Made by a program: the position numbers and the translations under genes. From Candidatus Acidiferrum sp. (GTDB taxonomy: Bacteria; Acidobacteriota; Terriglobia; Acidiferrales; UBA7541): DNA of 64,000 bases. Below the pieces are notes generated by a model, which had not been told where the DNA came from, made no database searches, and saw only the letters and a list, made by a program, of their open reading frames with translations. Of the stretch, positions 39,772 to 49,885 are shown in pieces. Positions within the stretch are counted from its first letter, which is position 1, and each line of letters starts with the position of its first letter. The stretch spans positions 11,844-75,843 of the forward strand of contig DASSGS010000011.1 in the NCBI GenBank assembly GCA_035693365.1, in the 5' to 3' direction.

Positions 39772-40065
39772 TTATTCCGTGAACTCCACGGTGAAATTCC
39801 CAATGTATTTTGCTTCGACGTCGCCCGGTTCTTCGCTTACGCGTCCCACCTGCGCCATGATCGGGCCGCGATCGAGCGCTTTCCGCAGCCTCTCCAGCTC
39901 CTCATCCGTGCCCATGGCGAAGACTTCCACGCTGCCGTCGCGCCGGTTCCTCACATAGCCGTCCACACCAATTTTCGCCGCGGTGTGCTCCACGAAATTC
40001 CGGAAGCCCACTCCCTGGACTCGGCCTGTTACCACGTAGCGGCGCGCGACGATCCCTTCACTCAC
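39772..40065 (-). CDS. acyP: Acylphosphatase
   Basis: GRVQGVGFR, GYVRNRRDGSVE. Confidence 0.93.
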   Translation of the reverse strand: MSEGIVARRYVVTGRVQGVGFRNFVEHTAAKIGVDGYVRNRRDGSVEVFAMGTDEELERLRKALDRGPIMAQVGRVSEEPGDVEAKYIGNFTVEFTE

Positions 40066-40186
40066 AATGTTTCGAGTTTAGCAGAGCCCCGGCCCCTTCT
40101 TCCAAATCGCCAAGCGCCCCTGCCGCCGTTGCGTTACACTGGATTTTGGGGGTCAGGCGGCCCATTCTTCCGCCCAGCGCATCCAA

Positions 40187-41095
40187 TTGTCTATGCCGCG
40201 AATCCTGGCAAAAATCTTGAGCCTTCGACTTCGGACGCGCTTGCTGCTGTCGGCGGCCATCGGATCGTTTTTGGTGCTTTCAGGCACCGCGGCTCAGGAA
40301 ACCCCTTCCGGCCCGCAAGCGCCGCCACCCGAACATAAGATTGAACGCGTAGTGGTCGGGGCGACCCAACCCGAAGCTCCGCCTTCGCTTCCACCCGCCC
40401 AGATCATCAGCGCGTTCACGAAGAAAGAGGATCTGTACCAGGCCGAGCGCCCGCTTTATTCCTATCGCCGCACCGTGCGCATCCAGGAATTCGGCCCCGA
40501 CGGAAAACCCGCCGGCGAATATAACGCCACCTACCTGGCTGTCCGCTCCAGCTCCGGGCAGCTTTACGAAAAAGCCCTTGCCGCTCCGGAATCTTCGCTG
40601 CAATACATCCAGTTCGAACCCGAAGACGCGCACTATCTGGGCGGCGTGCCGGCGTTTCCGGTAACCACCGACCAGCTTGCCAAATACAACCTGAAATTCC
40701 TGAGCAGCGAAAAAGTGGACGAGATCGACTGCTACATTTTTGAAATCCATCCGAAGACGCTCGACCGAAAGCACCCGCTCTTCGACGGCATCATCTGGGT
40801 GGACCAGAAATATCTGGAAGTGGTGAAGACTTACGGCAAGTGGGTGACGGATCTGGGGCCGACGAGGCTGGGCAGTTTGCCCTTCAGCATGTTCGAAACG
40901 TATCGGGAAAATGTGGAGGGGAAATACTGGTTCCCGAATTACTCCCGCTCGGAAGATGTCTACAAAATGCAAAACCACGAAGTTCCCGTTCGCGTCACCA
41001 TCAAGTGGTCGGATTTCAAGCCGTTCCCGGCGGTCGAAGTGGCACAGCCTGCTGCGACTCCCACGACGACTCCCGCACCAGCCGCCAAACCGTAA
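40187..41095 (+). CDS. Exported hypothetical protein (beta-rich)
   Basis: Signal-like N-terminus; EKVDEIDCYIFEIHP, FDGIIWVD, YWFP. Confidence 0.7.
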   Translation: MSMPRILAKILSLRLRTRLLLSAAIGSFLVLSGTAAQETPSGPQAPPPEHKIERVVVGATQPEAPPSLPPAQIISAFTKKEDLYQAERPLYSYRRTVRIQEFGPDGKPAGEYNATYLAVRSSSGQLYEKALAAPESSLQYIQFEPEDAHYLGGVPAFPVTTDQLAKYNLKFLSSEKVDEIDCYIFEIHPKTLDRKHPLFDGIIWVDQKYLEVVKTYGKWVTDLGPTRLGSLPFSMFETYRENVEGKYWFPNYSRSEDVYKMQNHEVPVRVTIKWSDFKPFPAVEVAQPAATPTTTPAPAAKP

Positions 41096-41139
41096 CTCGT
41101 ATTCCAGTTAATATAGCGTGGCGTGCACCCGAACTTAAA

Positions 41140-41184
41140 GTTGAGATCCTTCGCCTATCCTCGTCGGACAGGCTCAGGATGACA
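41140..41184. repeat. Third copy of the GTTGAGATCCTTCG...TCAGGATGACA structured repeat
   Basis: Arms match 14482-14525; the internal hairpin differs. Confidence 0.8.
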
Positions 41185-41316
41185 AGTATCGGACCAATTT
41201 TGAGAGAAGAGTGATGTGAAAGCTTACCAGGCAGCGGCGAAAATCAGTTTTCCATCCCGTGCCAGGGGCTCGCCAACGCTGCGGAAAACCTCACCCCTGA
41301 AGGGGTGAGCTACAGC

Positions 41317-41961
41317 CTACAAATGCCGCAACGCGCCCGGCAAATCGTCCAAACTCTCTAACAAAAGCTCGGGCTTCGCTGCGCGCAGCTTTTTTTCTGT
41401 CCGGAACGGCCCCAGCACCGCGATGGCGCGGACACCTGCCGCTCGGGCCATTTCCACATCCTCGGGGGTATCTCCGACGTAGACGCAATCCCGCGGGTCC
41501 GCTTTCATCTCGCGCAGCGCCTTCAGCAGGGGGGCGGGATGCGGTTTCTTTTCTTCCGTGTCGCCTCCCAAAACGCGGGCTCGAAACAAGCGGGTCAGCC
41601 GGAATTCCCGCAACTGCCGGGTCACCCGGTCGCGATCCCCGCTGCTGACGAGGCCAAGTTTGTGCCGCTTGTTCAGGTGTGCGAGCACTCTGCGCGTCGC
41701 GCCCATCAGCTTTGAAGGGTGCTTCGCGTAAAACTCCCGCCATACCCGGTTGGCCTCATCCCAGCGTTCTTCAGGAATCTTCGCCGCGCGATAGACCGCA
41801 TACCAGTCGGGGGAATAGTGCCGTTCCAGCTCGGCCAAGCCCCAGTTCACGCCCATCGCGCGAAACATCGCCAGAAACGCCTGGGAATCCGCGTGGTAGG
41901 AATCCAGCAGCGTGCCATCCCAATCGAAAAGTACTCCTTGAAGAACGGGCTGAGGAGTCAT
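41317..41961 (-). CDS. HAD-superfamily phosphatase
   Basis: FDWDGTLLDS, KKPHP, YVGDTPED; ATGA overlap with the upstream gene. Confidence 0.9.
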   Translation of the reverse strand: MTPQPVLQGVLFDWDGTLLDSYHADSQAFLAMFRAMGVNWGLAELERHYSPDWYAVYRAAKIPEERWDEANRVWREFYAKHPSKLMGATRRVLAHLNKRHKLGLVSSGDRDRVTRQLREFRLTRLFRARVLGGDTEEKKPHPAPLLKALREMKADPRDCVYVGDTPEDVEMARAAGVRAIAVLGPFRTEKKLRAAKPELLLESLDDLPGALRHL

Positions 41962-43403
41962 TGCATGGCGAAAAAGACGCTCATTGCGCGGTAAAAGTCC
42001 CAAACGTCTGCCTTGGAGGACATCTCGAAGGGCGCATGCATCGACAGCAGCGGAACGCCGAGGTCAATCACCTGCATATCCTGCTGCGACATAAACAAGC
42101 CGATCGTGCCGCCGCCTCCTTTGTCGACCTTATAGGTGTGCGTTTGGTATGGGATGTTATTGTGCTCCAACAATCCGCGAATTTGCGCCGTGAATTCGGA
42201 GGGAGCGTCGAATCCCGGGCCGTAGCGTTTGATCGCCACGCCATAACCAACCCGCGCCGCGTTGGTCGGCTCGCTGGTCTTAGGAAAGATGGGATTGATT
42301 CCATCGTTCGTATCGGCGGAAATGACCAGAGAGTTATGCAGCGCGCGCCGCAGGTCCAAATCGTTGTAGCCATTGCCGCGCTGAGCGGCCACGAGTTCCG
42401 CATACACGCTGCTCAAAAATTCCGAACGCGCGCCGGTATTATTCACCGAGCCGACTTCTTCGAAATTCGATAAATAGGCGAGCGCCGTGTGGCGTGGCGT
42501 GCCTTTCAGGTCCAGAATGGCGCGGACGGCGCAAAATGATGAGAGCCGGTCATCCTGTCCGTACGCGCCGATTAGCCCGTGGTCCAGGCCAACATCCGTT
42601 GGGAGCACACTGGGCACCAGGGAAAGTTCCGCGCTGACCAGGTCCTCTTCTTTAATTTTGTATTTCTCGATCAGCAGCTTGGTCACTTCTGTCGTGGCCG
42701 AGGTCTCTTCGCCAGCCACGCTGCCGAACACCGGCTCCAGCTCCTCGCCCGCAAATACCTCTTCATATTTGCGGTCGTGCAATTCCTTGTCGGAGTGCGG
42801 GGCGTTGTCGGGAATCACAAAGACCGGTTCGCCCGGCTTCAGGCCAATGGAAACATCAATACTGCGCCCATCGGTGGTATCAATTCGCCCGATCAGCGCC
42901 AGCGGACGGTTGGCCCACTGATACGTTTTTATCCCGCCGTAGTAAATCGTCTTGAACAATGCGAACTCGCCTGCCGGCAGAATGGGCCGCGCCTTCAACT
43001 CGATATGCGGGCTGTCGTGGTGTGTGCCGACGACGTGCGAGCGTTGCAGCAGCGGCTCCGAACCAATCACCGCGAGCACCAGGGCGCGGTCGCGGTTCGG
43101 AAGTATCAATCGCGCACCCGGCTTGACCTGCTCGGCTTTCGTGAACTCCACAAATCCGGCGGCTCGCGCGCGGCGAATCACCTCGCGCGTGGAGCTCTGT
43201 GCCGACCGGGCGGTGTTGAGATATGCCTTATAGTCTTCCGCGAACTCTTCCGCTTGTTTGCGTTCCGTGGCCGACAACAGCACCCAGCCCGGTTTTTTCT
43301 TTGCCCAAGCACCTGTTTCCTCTTGAGCGCTAAGCGCGCCAGCGGCTGCAACGAGCAGGACGAAAAAAACTACGACGGCATACCAGGAATCTTTCGACTT
43401 CAC
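41958..43403 (-). CDS. M18 family aminopeptidase with N-terminal signal peptide
   Basis: HHDSPH, YYGGIK, GQDDR, EEVGS, GGGGTI, LLSMHAP. Confidence 0.88.
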   Translation of the reverse strand: MKSKDSWYAVVVFFVLLVAAAGALSAQEETGAWAKKKPGWVLLSATERKQAEEFAEDYKAYLNTARSAQSSTREVIRRARAAGFVEFTKAEQVKPGARLILPNRDRALVLAVIGSEPLLQRSHVVGTHHDSPHIELKARPILPAGEFALFKTIYYGGIKTYQWANRPLALIGRIDTTDGRSIDVSIGLKPGEPVFVIPDNAPHSDKELHDRKYEEVFAGEELEPVFGSVAGEETSATTEVTKLLIEKYKIKEEDLVSAELSLVPSVLPTDVGLDHGLIGAYGQDDRLSSFCAVRAILDLKGTPRHTALAYLSNFEEVGSVNNTGARSEFLSSVYAELVAAQRGNGYNDLDLRRALHNSLVISADTNDGINPIFPKTSEPTNAARVGYGVAIKRYGPGFDAPSEFTAQIRGLLEHNNIPYQTHTYKVDKGGGGTIGLFMSQQDMQVIDLGVPLLSMHAPFEMSSKADVWDFYRAMSVFFAMQ

Positions 43404-43513
43404 GAGTCACCCTTTCTTTGACACAGATGAGAATTTACAGACGAAAAGATTAATCAATCTTCGTCTGGAGATAAAGCGTTGCAGCGCCCGAAAGCGCCAG
43501 AATAGACTGCCTC

Positions 43514-43672
43514 GGGCACGGTGGAAAGACGAGGCGTTTCCTCAACTCTTAACCTGCGATTTCAATTGATCTGCTCCCCTTAGTCCGCAGAAAAGTGTAT
43601 ACGGTTCTGCTGGAGGAGCAGCGGCGATTATTGGCGAGTGCGGAATCAGATTAAGACATCGTCAGTCTACGG
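43514..43672 (+). ncRNA. Candidate structured small RNA
   Basis: TTGCAG-18-TAGACT promoter with no credible ORF downstream; nested complementary segments form one long hairpin. Confidence 0.35.
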
Positions 43673-44216
43673 CGGGGAAGCGACCAGGGATATTGTCGTC
43701 GCGGTCGAACGCGAAGTCATCGAAACTTACGGCGATGCCGAACCATCCGGGCATATTGGCCGGTTCCACGCGTTTTACGTGCGCTTTGGAGGAGACCACC
43801 ACGTTGCCGTAGCCCAGCGGGCGGCTGACCAGCACGATATCCAGTTCAATTTCGGTATCAATCGCCAGCGCCTTCGGGGAGAGGAAGAAGACCCCCGATG
43901 AACTGATATCCCGGGTTACCAGGGTCACGGGATACTCTTCCAGCACTCCGCCAACGCTGCGCAGCTTCAGCGGCAGCCTCAGGGAAGCCCGGGGGCATTC
44001 CCGCTGCTCCAAGTGGACTCCCACGGCGTGGGTAGGCACACGAACGAATCGCCGCGGCTGAGGCGCCCGCAAGAGCGGCATTACCCGCAGCGCCGGGACC
44101 GGCCCAGCGGCTGGTATTGATGGAAGCGACGGAGCAGGCACAGCGGTAGCCTGCGCCTGAACGTCTGTTTGTACGGAAAGATTGTCCCAAGCTAGCGCGT
44201 GATTGGCGGCACTCAT
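43662..44216 (-). CDS. PilZ domain protein
   Basis: EQRECPRASL (RxxxR) and RDISSSG (DxSxxG) c-di-GMP motifs; GAGGGG RBS before ATG 44216. Confidence 0.8.
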   Translation of the reverse strand: MSAANHALAWDNLSVQTDVQAQATAVPAPSLPSIPAAGPVPALRVMPLLRAPQPRRFVRVPTHAVGVHLEQRECPRASLRLPLKLRSVGGVLEEYPVTLVTRDISSSGVFFLSPKALAIDTEIELDIVLVSRPLGYGNVVVSSKAHVKRVEPANMPGWFGIAVSFDDFAFDRDDNIPGRFPAVD

Positions 44217-44508
44217 CTCACCCCTCAGAGAGATGACTCTACAAAGGCCCGACTGCCTAGTTCCATTACTTGACGTGCTAGAGCGAACCCCAAGAAGAAG
44301 TTGGGCTGCTAAAATGCCATCTAAGGTTGCGAGTGTCAACCTGTGGAAAACGGCCGAAGTGTCCTAAATCGAAACACTTAGGACTAGTACCACGTCCAGA
44401 ATTGTTTCAACTTTTCACCTCTTCTTCGCCCTGCTCCACGCCCTGTTCCAATATGGCCGCTGCCCTCGCACCCGTTTCACGTTATCGTTACATCGAATCA
44501 TTCAACCC

Positions 44509-45504
44509 ATGAGTGCTCCATCCTCTTCTCCGGTCTCCACAATTTCTAGCGTCATCCCGCGAACGGCGGCTGCTCCGCGCAGCATGGTGTTGATTGCATT
44601 TGCGGCGGTTTATGTCCTTTGGGGTTCGACTTACTTTTTCATCCGCATCGGTGTTGAAACGATTCCGCCGTTTGTCCTGGCGGGAATCCGGCACATTGCG
44701 ATCGGCCTGGTTTTCTATCCGCTCTTCCGCTATCAGAGCAAAGAAAAGCCCACAGCCGCCCAATGGCGCACCACAGTCATCACCGGACTTCTACTTCTGC
44801 TCTGCGGCAATGGAGCGCTCTCATGGGCGGAAACGCGAGTTCCTTCGGGCATCGCGTCGCTCCTGGTGGCCACCGTCTCGCTGTGGATGGTGATCCTGGA
44901 CTGGCTGCGACCTTGCGGAGTCAGACCGGCCCCGCGTGTGCTGATCGGCTTTGTGCTCGGCTTCGCGGGTATCGCACTGCTTGTCGGCCCCTCGCATCTA
45001 GGCGGCTCTGAGCGCGTCAATCCACTGGGTGCTGTTGTTCTTATTCTCGGCTCTCTGGCGTGGGCCGCGGGCTCCATCTATTCGCGGCATCACCCGGTTC
45101 CGCATTCGCCGCTGCTTGGCGTGGCCATGCAATCGCTGGCTGGCGGCGCAGGACTGTGGATCGTTGCCGCCGCAACTGGCGAATTACATCAGTTTCATCC
45201 GGCGCAGGTCACGCTGCGGTCTTGGCTCGCTGTCCTTTATCTGTTTTCCTTCGGCTCGGCGCTCGGCTTTTCCGCCTACATTTATATCCTCAAGCACAGC
45301 TCAGCGTCTCGCGTGGCCACCTACGCATTCGTCAATCCGGTTGTGGCGCTATTTCTCGGATGGTCCCTGGGCGGCGAAGCGATCAGCCTGCGAACGCTGA
45401 TCGCCAGCGGCACGATCCTGGCCGCCGTTTTGCTGGTGATCCTGGCGCCGCACAAACCCACGGATCCGCCCGATGAAATCGTGCCCTGCCCGGGAGAAGC
45501 CTGA
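44509..45504 (+). CDS. EamA/DMT transporter (YedA-like)
   Basis: VYVLWGSTY, 10 TM helices, TYAFVNPVVA. Confidence 0.9.
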   Translation: MSAPSSSPVSTISSVIPRTAAAPRSMVLIAFAAVYVLWGSTYFFIRIGVETIPPFVLAGIRHIAIGLVFYPLFRYQSKEKPTAAQWRTTVITGLLLLLCGNGALSWAETRVPSGIASLLVATVSLWMVILDWLRPCGVRPAPRVLIGFVLGFAGIALLVGPSHLGGSERVNPLGAVVLILGSLAWAAGSIYSRHHPVPHSPLLGVAMQSLAGGAGLWIVAAATGELHQFHPAQVTLRSWLAVLYLFSFGSALGFSAYIYILKHSSASRVATYAFVNPVVALFLGWSLGGEAISLRTLIASGTILAAVLLVILAPHKPTDPPDEIVPCPGEA

Positions 45505-45563
45505 CCGACTTTGACGCCCGAAACCGGATAGATTGCTATCATTGGCTTCTGTAATCTTGGCGC

Positions 45564-46649
45564 ATGATCACCATGGCAAGCAGTTCCAAAGCGACCGACA
45601 TCACCCCGCGGGCCGCGGCGCAATTCTGGGAAGCGGCCTTGCAGCGCGACCCGCGCGCCGACGGTAAATTCTTTCTCGCCGTGCGTTCCACACATATTTA
45701 TTGCCGGCCGACGTGTCCCGCGCGGCGGCCGCTTCGCGAGAACGCGGTTTTCTTTCGCACCACACGGGAGGCGGAAAGGAATGGCTACCGCCCGTGCCGC
45801 CGTTGCCGGCCGCAGGAGCAACTGGAAGCGATATCGCTGGTGAAGCAGGCCGCGAAACTTCTGGGCGGCGCCAGCGAAGAAGACTCGATGCGGCTTGGGC
45901 CAATCGCCGCGCAACTACACGCTTCCACGGCGAAACTCCGCCGCGTGTTTCATCGCGTCACCGGGCTTTCGCCGCGGGAATTCGCGCATGCGGCTCGGCT
46001 GGAGAAGTTCAAGAAAATGCTGCGCGGGGGAGCAGACATTTCGGAAGCGCTATACGCCTGCGGCTACGGTTCGCCAAGCCGCATTTATGAAAAAACGAAT
46101 GCACAGTTGGGAATGACTCCGGCCTCGTACCGGAAGGGAGGAGCAGGCATGAAAATCGGATTCACGGTTGCGGCAAGTTCATTGGGCAAGGTATTGGTGG
46201 CGGGAACGGAACGCGGAATCTCCGCGGTCTACCTGGGCGAAGACGAAAGAACATTGGTTGGCGAGCTTCAGAAAGAATACCCGCGCGCGGAAATTGCCCG
46301 CGTTACCGCTTCCAACGAAGCCTGGCTGAAGGAAATTCTCAGCCGCGTCGAGGGCCACGCTCCCAGCAAGGAGCTTCCGCTTGACGTTCAAGCGACCGCG
46401 TTCCAGCGCCGCGTTTGGCAGGAGCTGCAGAAAATTCCGATGGGGGCGACACGCACATATACGCAAGTCGCGCGCGCGCTGGGCAATCCCAACTCCGTCC
46501 GCGCCGTGGCCCGCGCCTGCGCCACAAATCCCACCTCCATCGTAGTGCCGTGCCACCGGGTGATCCGCACGGACGGCGAACTGGCGGGCTATCGCTGGGG
46601 ATTGCGACGCAAACAGAAATTGCTGGAAAGGGAAGGGGCGCGAGCTTGA
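45564..46649 (+). CDS. ada: Bifunctional Ada transcriptional activator/O6-methylguanine-DNA methyltransferase
   Basis: IYCRPTC, RPCRRC, AraC HTH, VPCHRV. Confidence 0.95.
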   Translation: MITMASSSKATDITPRAAAQFWEAALQRDPRADGKFFLAVRSTHIYCRPTCPARRPLRENAVFFRTTREAERNGYRPCRRCRPQEQLEAISLVKQAAKLLGGASEEDSMRLGPIAAQLHASTAKLRRVFHRVTGLSPREFAHAARLEKFKKMLRGGADISEALYACGYGSPSRIYEKTNAQLGMTPASYRKGGAGMKIGFTVAASSLGKVLVAGTERGISAVYLGEDERTLVGELQKEYPRAEIARVTASNEAWLKEILSRVEGHAPSKELPLDVQATAFQRRVWQELQKIPMGATRTYTQVARALGNPNSVRAVARACATNPTSIVVPCHRVIRTDGELAGYRWGLRRKQKLLEREGARA

Positions 46650-46659
46650 TTCTTGCGGC

Positions 46660-46753
46660 TGTAGCTCACCCCTTCAGGGTGAGGGTTTTCGTTGCACTGG
46701 CAACTTTTGGGATGCGGTTATGAAAACCCTCGGGCCTGAAGGCCCGAGCTACA
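46660..46753. repeat. Inverted GTAG-REP doublet (REPIN-like)
   Basis: TGTAGCTCACCCCTTCAGGGTGAGGGTTTTC ... GAAAACCCTCGGGCCTGAAGGCCCGAGCTACA. Confidence 0.8.
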
Positions 46754-46755
46754 GA

Positions 46756-47478
46756 TTAATCGTGGGGTTTTTCGACCTTCGTGCCTTTCGGCCAATCGGC
46801 TTTGAACTTGCCGTCGCCGATCTTTAAATTCTTCATCACATTTTTATAGCGCGACAGGAAGTAATCACCCGATCCCGCTTCCAAGAATTTCTGCTGCACC
46901 GGCAGCCAGGAAGCTTCGTCCACCCACATCACAATTTTCGTGATTTGCTTGCGCACGTCGTCCGAGCGCGGCACCAGTTCCACCAGCGCCATTTTGTGGC
47001 CGTCGATTTCTTCCTCGCCCGTCAGGCTCACGTCGTAGCTTTTCTTCAAGCTATCCACGCGCGTCCCGAATCCCAGTGCCAGGTACTGGTCGGCCAGCGC
47101 GCGGTTCTTTCCGATGTTGTATTCTTCCACGCGATTGATCTTCGGCGTGTAGATATACAGATTGTCGCCGTTCCGGATAATCGTCCGTGGATCCGGGGCA
47201 ATAAAATCGATGCGCAGCTTGGAATCTTTGCGCACGTAGATCTCGCCCGATTCCGTGGAAGTGTCCTTCACCACGGCGGTGTACTTCACGTGGTCCAGCG
47301 CGGCCGTCAAGCTGCGGAAGTCTTCCGCCGACCGGTCCATCATCGTCAGCACGTAATCCAGCGTCAGTTTTCCTGAATTCTGTCCGCCGCCCGCCGAAGC
47401 TGGAAATTCCAGCCAGCCAAGCAGCGCAAGCAACGCAAAGAGGGCGGATTTCTTCAATGCATCCCCTGTTCCGTTCAA
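46756..47478 (-). CDS. LolA-like outer membrane lipoprotein carrier
   Basis: Signal peptide; ESGEIY...LRIDF..PDPRTII..G..LYIYTP, LELVP, MWVD. Confidence 0.75.
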   Translation of the reverse strand: MNGTGDALKKSALFALLALLGWLEFPASAGGGQNSGKLTLDYVLTMMDRSAEDFRSLTAALDHVKYTAVVKDTSTESGEIYVRKDSKLRIDFIAPDPRTIIRNGDNLYIYTPKINRVEEYNIGKNRALADQYLALGFGTRVDSLKKSYDVSLTGEEEIDGHKMALVELVPRSDDVRKQITKIVMWVDEASWLPVQQKFLEAGSGDYFLSRYKNVMKNLKIGDGKFKADWPKGTKVEKPHD

Positions 47479-47554
47479 AAGTATGTACCCTCAAATCGTA
47501 GCACAAGCGGAGGGCAGCCGACCCGCTCCGGTCCCGGTCGATGATTCCGTCAAA

Positions 47555-47941
47555 CTAGTGCTTGATTTCCACCTGGTAGGCGATCACGTTTCCACCGGCG
47601 TCGCGAAGCGGTTCGATCTTGCCGATCGAAAAGCGCCCGTCCTGCAGCCCCGGGCCGGCGTGCTGCAGCGCATTGTGGAGGTCATTCTGCAACTCGGGCG
47701 TCCGGGTAGGCGGAGCGAGCACCCGGGAATCCACCCTGTAGATTTCCACGTCGCCTGATTTGGAGAGAAGTTCCACCTGCGTGGAATTCACGGGCAGGCC
47801 CACCTGTGGCTGGTCGTGAAACCAGCTCTTCGGCGTAAACACAAAAACCAGAATCAGAATCACCGCAACGTCGTACTGCCACGAGCCACGCTCGTAGGAC
47901 CAGAAAAACGTCCGGTAAAAGAATTGGCCGATTCCCGACAT
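47555..47941 (-). CDS. Single-TM hypothetical protein
   Basis: FFWSYERGSWQYDVAVILILVFVFTP followed by a small soluble domain. Confidence 0.75.
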   Translation of the reverse strand: MSGIGQFFYRTFFWSYERGSWQYDVAVILILVFVFTPKSWFHDQPQVGLPVNSTQVELLSKSGDVEIYRVDSRVLAPPTRTPELQNDLHNALQHAGPGLQDGRFSIGKIEPLRDAGGNVIAYQVEIKH

Positions 47942-47944
47942 GGC

Positions 47945-48691
47945 TCAGTCTGCAGGCACTCCGTCCACAATCACGCCGTCGCGCATGTGCACTACCCGGT
48001 CGAAATACGTGGTGGCTTCCGGGTTATGGGTGATCATGACGATGGTTTGACCAAGATCTTTGTTCAGGCGCCGGAGCATTTCCAGGACAATTTCCGAATT
48101 CTTCGTGTCCAGGTTGCCGGTGGGTTCGTCGGCCAGCAGAATTTTCGGCTCGTTGATGATCGCCCGCGCGATGGCAACGCGCTGTTGCTCACCGCCGGAC
48201 ATTTCCGATGGCCGGTGCTCCAGCCTGCCATCCAGGCCGAGCATTTTGGTGACAACTTCAAAGCGGTGCGGATCGAATCCGTCGCCGTGAATGTACTGGG
48301 CAATCGCGATGTTGCCCTTGGCCGTCAAGGCGGGCAGAAGATTAAACCGCTGGAAAACGAAGCCGATTTTGTGGCGCCGGAGCTTGGTTCGCTCCGCGTC
48401 GCTCATCATCACCAGGTCGTTTCCGTCCACCAGCACCTTGCCGCGCGAGGCCTTGGCCAGGCCGCCGATCACGTAGAGTAACGAAGATTTTCCGCAGCCC
48501 GACGGGCCCATCACCGCCACCGACTCGCCAGGCAAAACCTCGAAATTTACGCCGCGCAGGGCCGGCACTTCCACTTTCCCCGCGTGATACAGCTTCCAGA
48601 CGTTCTCGATTTTTAGCAGCGGCTCCAAGGTTTTGAACTCGGGCTCCGTGATTCCGGTGGAATTCGTTCGTATTGTAACTGTGATTGCCAT
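47945..48691 (-). CDS. ABC transporter ATPase, LolD/MacB family
   Basis: [33 protein letters not shown]. Confidence 0.92.
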   Translation of the reverse strand: MAITVTIRTNSTGITEPEFKTLEPLLKIENVWKLYHAGKVEVPALRGVNFEVLPGESVAVMGPSGCGKSSLLYVIGGLAKASRGKVLVDGNDLVMMSDAERTKLRRHKIGFVFQRFNLLPALTAKGNIAIAQYIHGDGFDPHRFEVVTKMLGLDGRLEHRPSEMSGGEQQRVAIARAIINEPKILLADEPTGNLDTKNSEIVLEMLRRLNKDLGQTIVMITHNPEATTYFDRVVHMRDGVIVDGVPAD

Positions 48692-48784
48692 CTGTGCCTA
48701 GTTTCCCATCCTTGTGGCGTCCACCTTAAGGTGGACGCTACAACCGCATTTAGTAGCAGGCCTTCTCACCGGCCACGAGTCCAG

Positions 48785-49885
48785 CTAATCGTACGAGAGT
48801 GCTTCGACCGCGTCTTTCCGGCTGGCCTGCCAGGCCGGGTAACTCGCGCCGATCAGCGCGCCCACGATGGCGATCAGCGCCGCCCGCAGGATCCAACCCG
48901 CTGTAATCAAAATGGAAAGCGTTGGAAACAATTTCAGGAAGCCGGCCCGGACCGCATAACTAAGGCCGATGCCCGCAAAAATTCCCAGCAAGCAAAGCAA
49001 AGTGGTTTCCGCCAGGAGCGCGCGGATAATCAGGAATTTACTGGCACCCAAGGATTTTAGCACGCCGATGTCGCGGGTCCGCTCCAGCACCGTGGTGTAC
49101 ATCGAAAGGAAGATCACCAGCAAACCGATTGAAACCGCCAGGGCGATCATGGAATTGATGAACGTCTGCAGCGCCGGAATATTAGTGGAGGACATCAGGG
49201 TCATGAATTCCTTGACCGGGCGTACGGGATTGTTCGGAAGCAGCTCTTTGATCTCCTGAATCACATCCGAGGTGTGTTCGGGCCGAGTGCACTTTACAAG
49301 GAAGATGGTGGCTTTGTCGCGGCCGCCGACCAGTTCCTGCAGGGTCGTGATCGGAACGAAGATGCGGCCCGCCTTACCGTGCTCAACGATGCCGACCACT
49401 TTCCAGTCGTGATTCAGCAGGGTATAGGTGTCGCCGAGCTTCACGTGCTTGGCCCTGGCCTGCCAGTCATCCACCAGCATATCGGTGGGGCCCTGCAGGT
49501 CATGGCCCTCGTGAAAGTAGAAGCCGTTGGAAACTTCGCGGAAAGAAACGGGGTCGATCCCCCAGATCGTTTCGACGCCGCCCGAAGTATTGAACTGTAG
49601 AAACGCGGGGCTGACGTACTCCACATATTTCAGCTCGCGGATTTTGTCGCCAATTTTGATCGGCATGGGAGAGCCGCCCATCACCATGAACATTTCCGCC
49701 GAAGGCGCCTGCACCATGATGTCCGCGCCGATTCCTTCAATCCGCTTGGCGGTTTCCTGCAGCATGCCGGATGTGAGGCCCACGATGACGATCACCAGCG
49801 TCACTTCCACCGCGATCGCGACCACGCCAATCAACGTGCGCATTGGCCGGTGAAATAAATTCCGGAATACAAATTGGCCCATCAT
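48785..49885 (-). CDS. ABC transporter permease, LolC/E-MacB-FtsX family
   Basis: TM1, large periplasmic domain, 3 TMs; ERTRDIGVLKSLGA, YPAWQASR. Confidence 0.9.
   Translation of the reverse strand: MMGQFVFRNLFHRPMRTLIGVVAIAVEVTLVIVIVGLTSGMLQETAKRIEGIGADIMVQAPSAEMFMVMGGSPMPIKIGDKIRELKYVEYVSPAFLQFNTSGGVETIWGIDPVSFREVSNGFYFHEGHDLQGPTDMLVDDWQARAKHVKLGDTYTLLNHDWKVVGIVEHGKAGRIFVPITTLQELVGGRDKATIFLVKCTRPEHTSDVIQEIKELLPNNPVRPVKEFMTLMSSTNIPALQTFINSMIALAVSIGLLVIFLSMYTTVLERTRDIGVLKSLGASKFLIIRALLAETTLLCLLGIFAGIGLSYAVRAGFLKLFPTLSILITAGWILRAALIAIVGALIGASYPAWQASRKDAVEALSYD

Noticed and set aside
44362-44385. GTCCTAA-N10-TTAGGAC inverted repeat upstream of the PilZ promoter as a mobile-element end
   Set aside because: Single short copy; more likely a protein-binding site and not assignable
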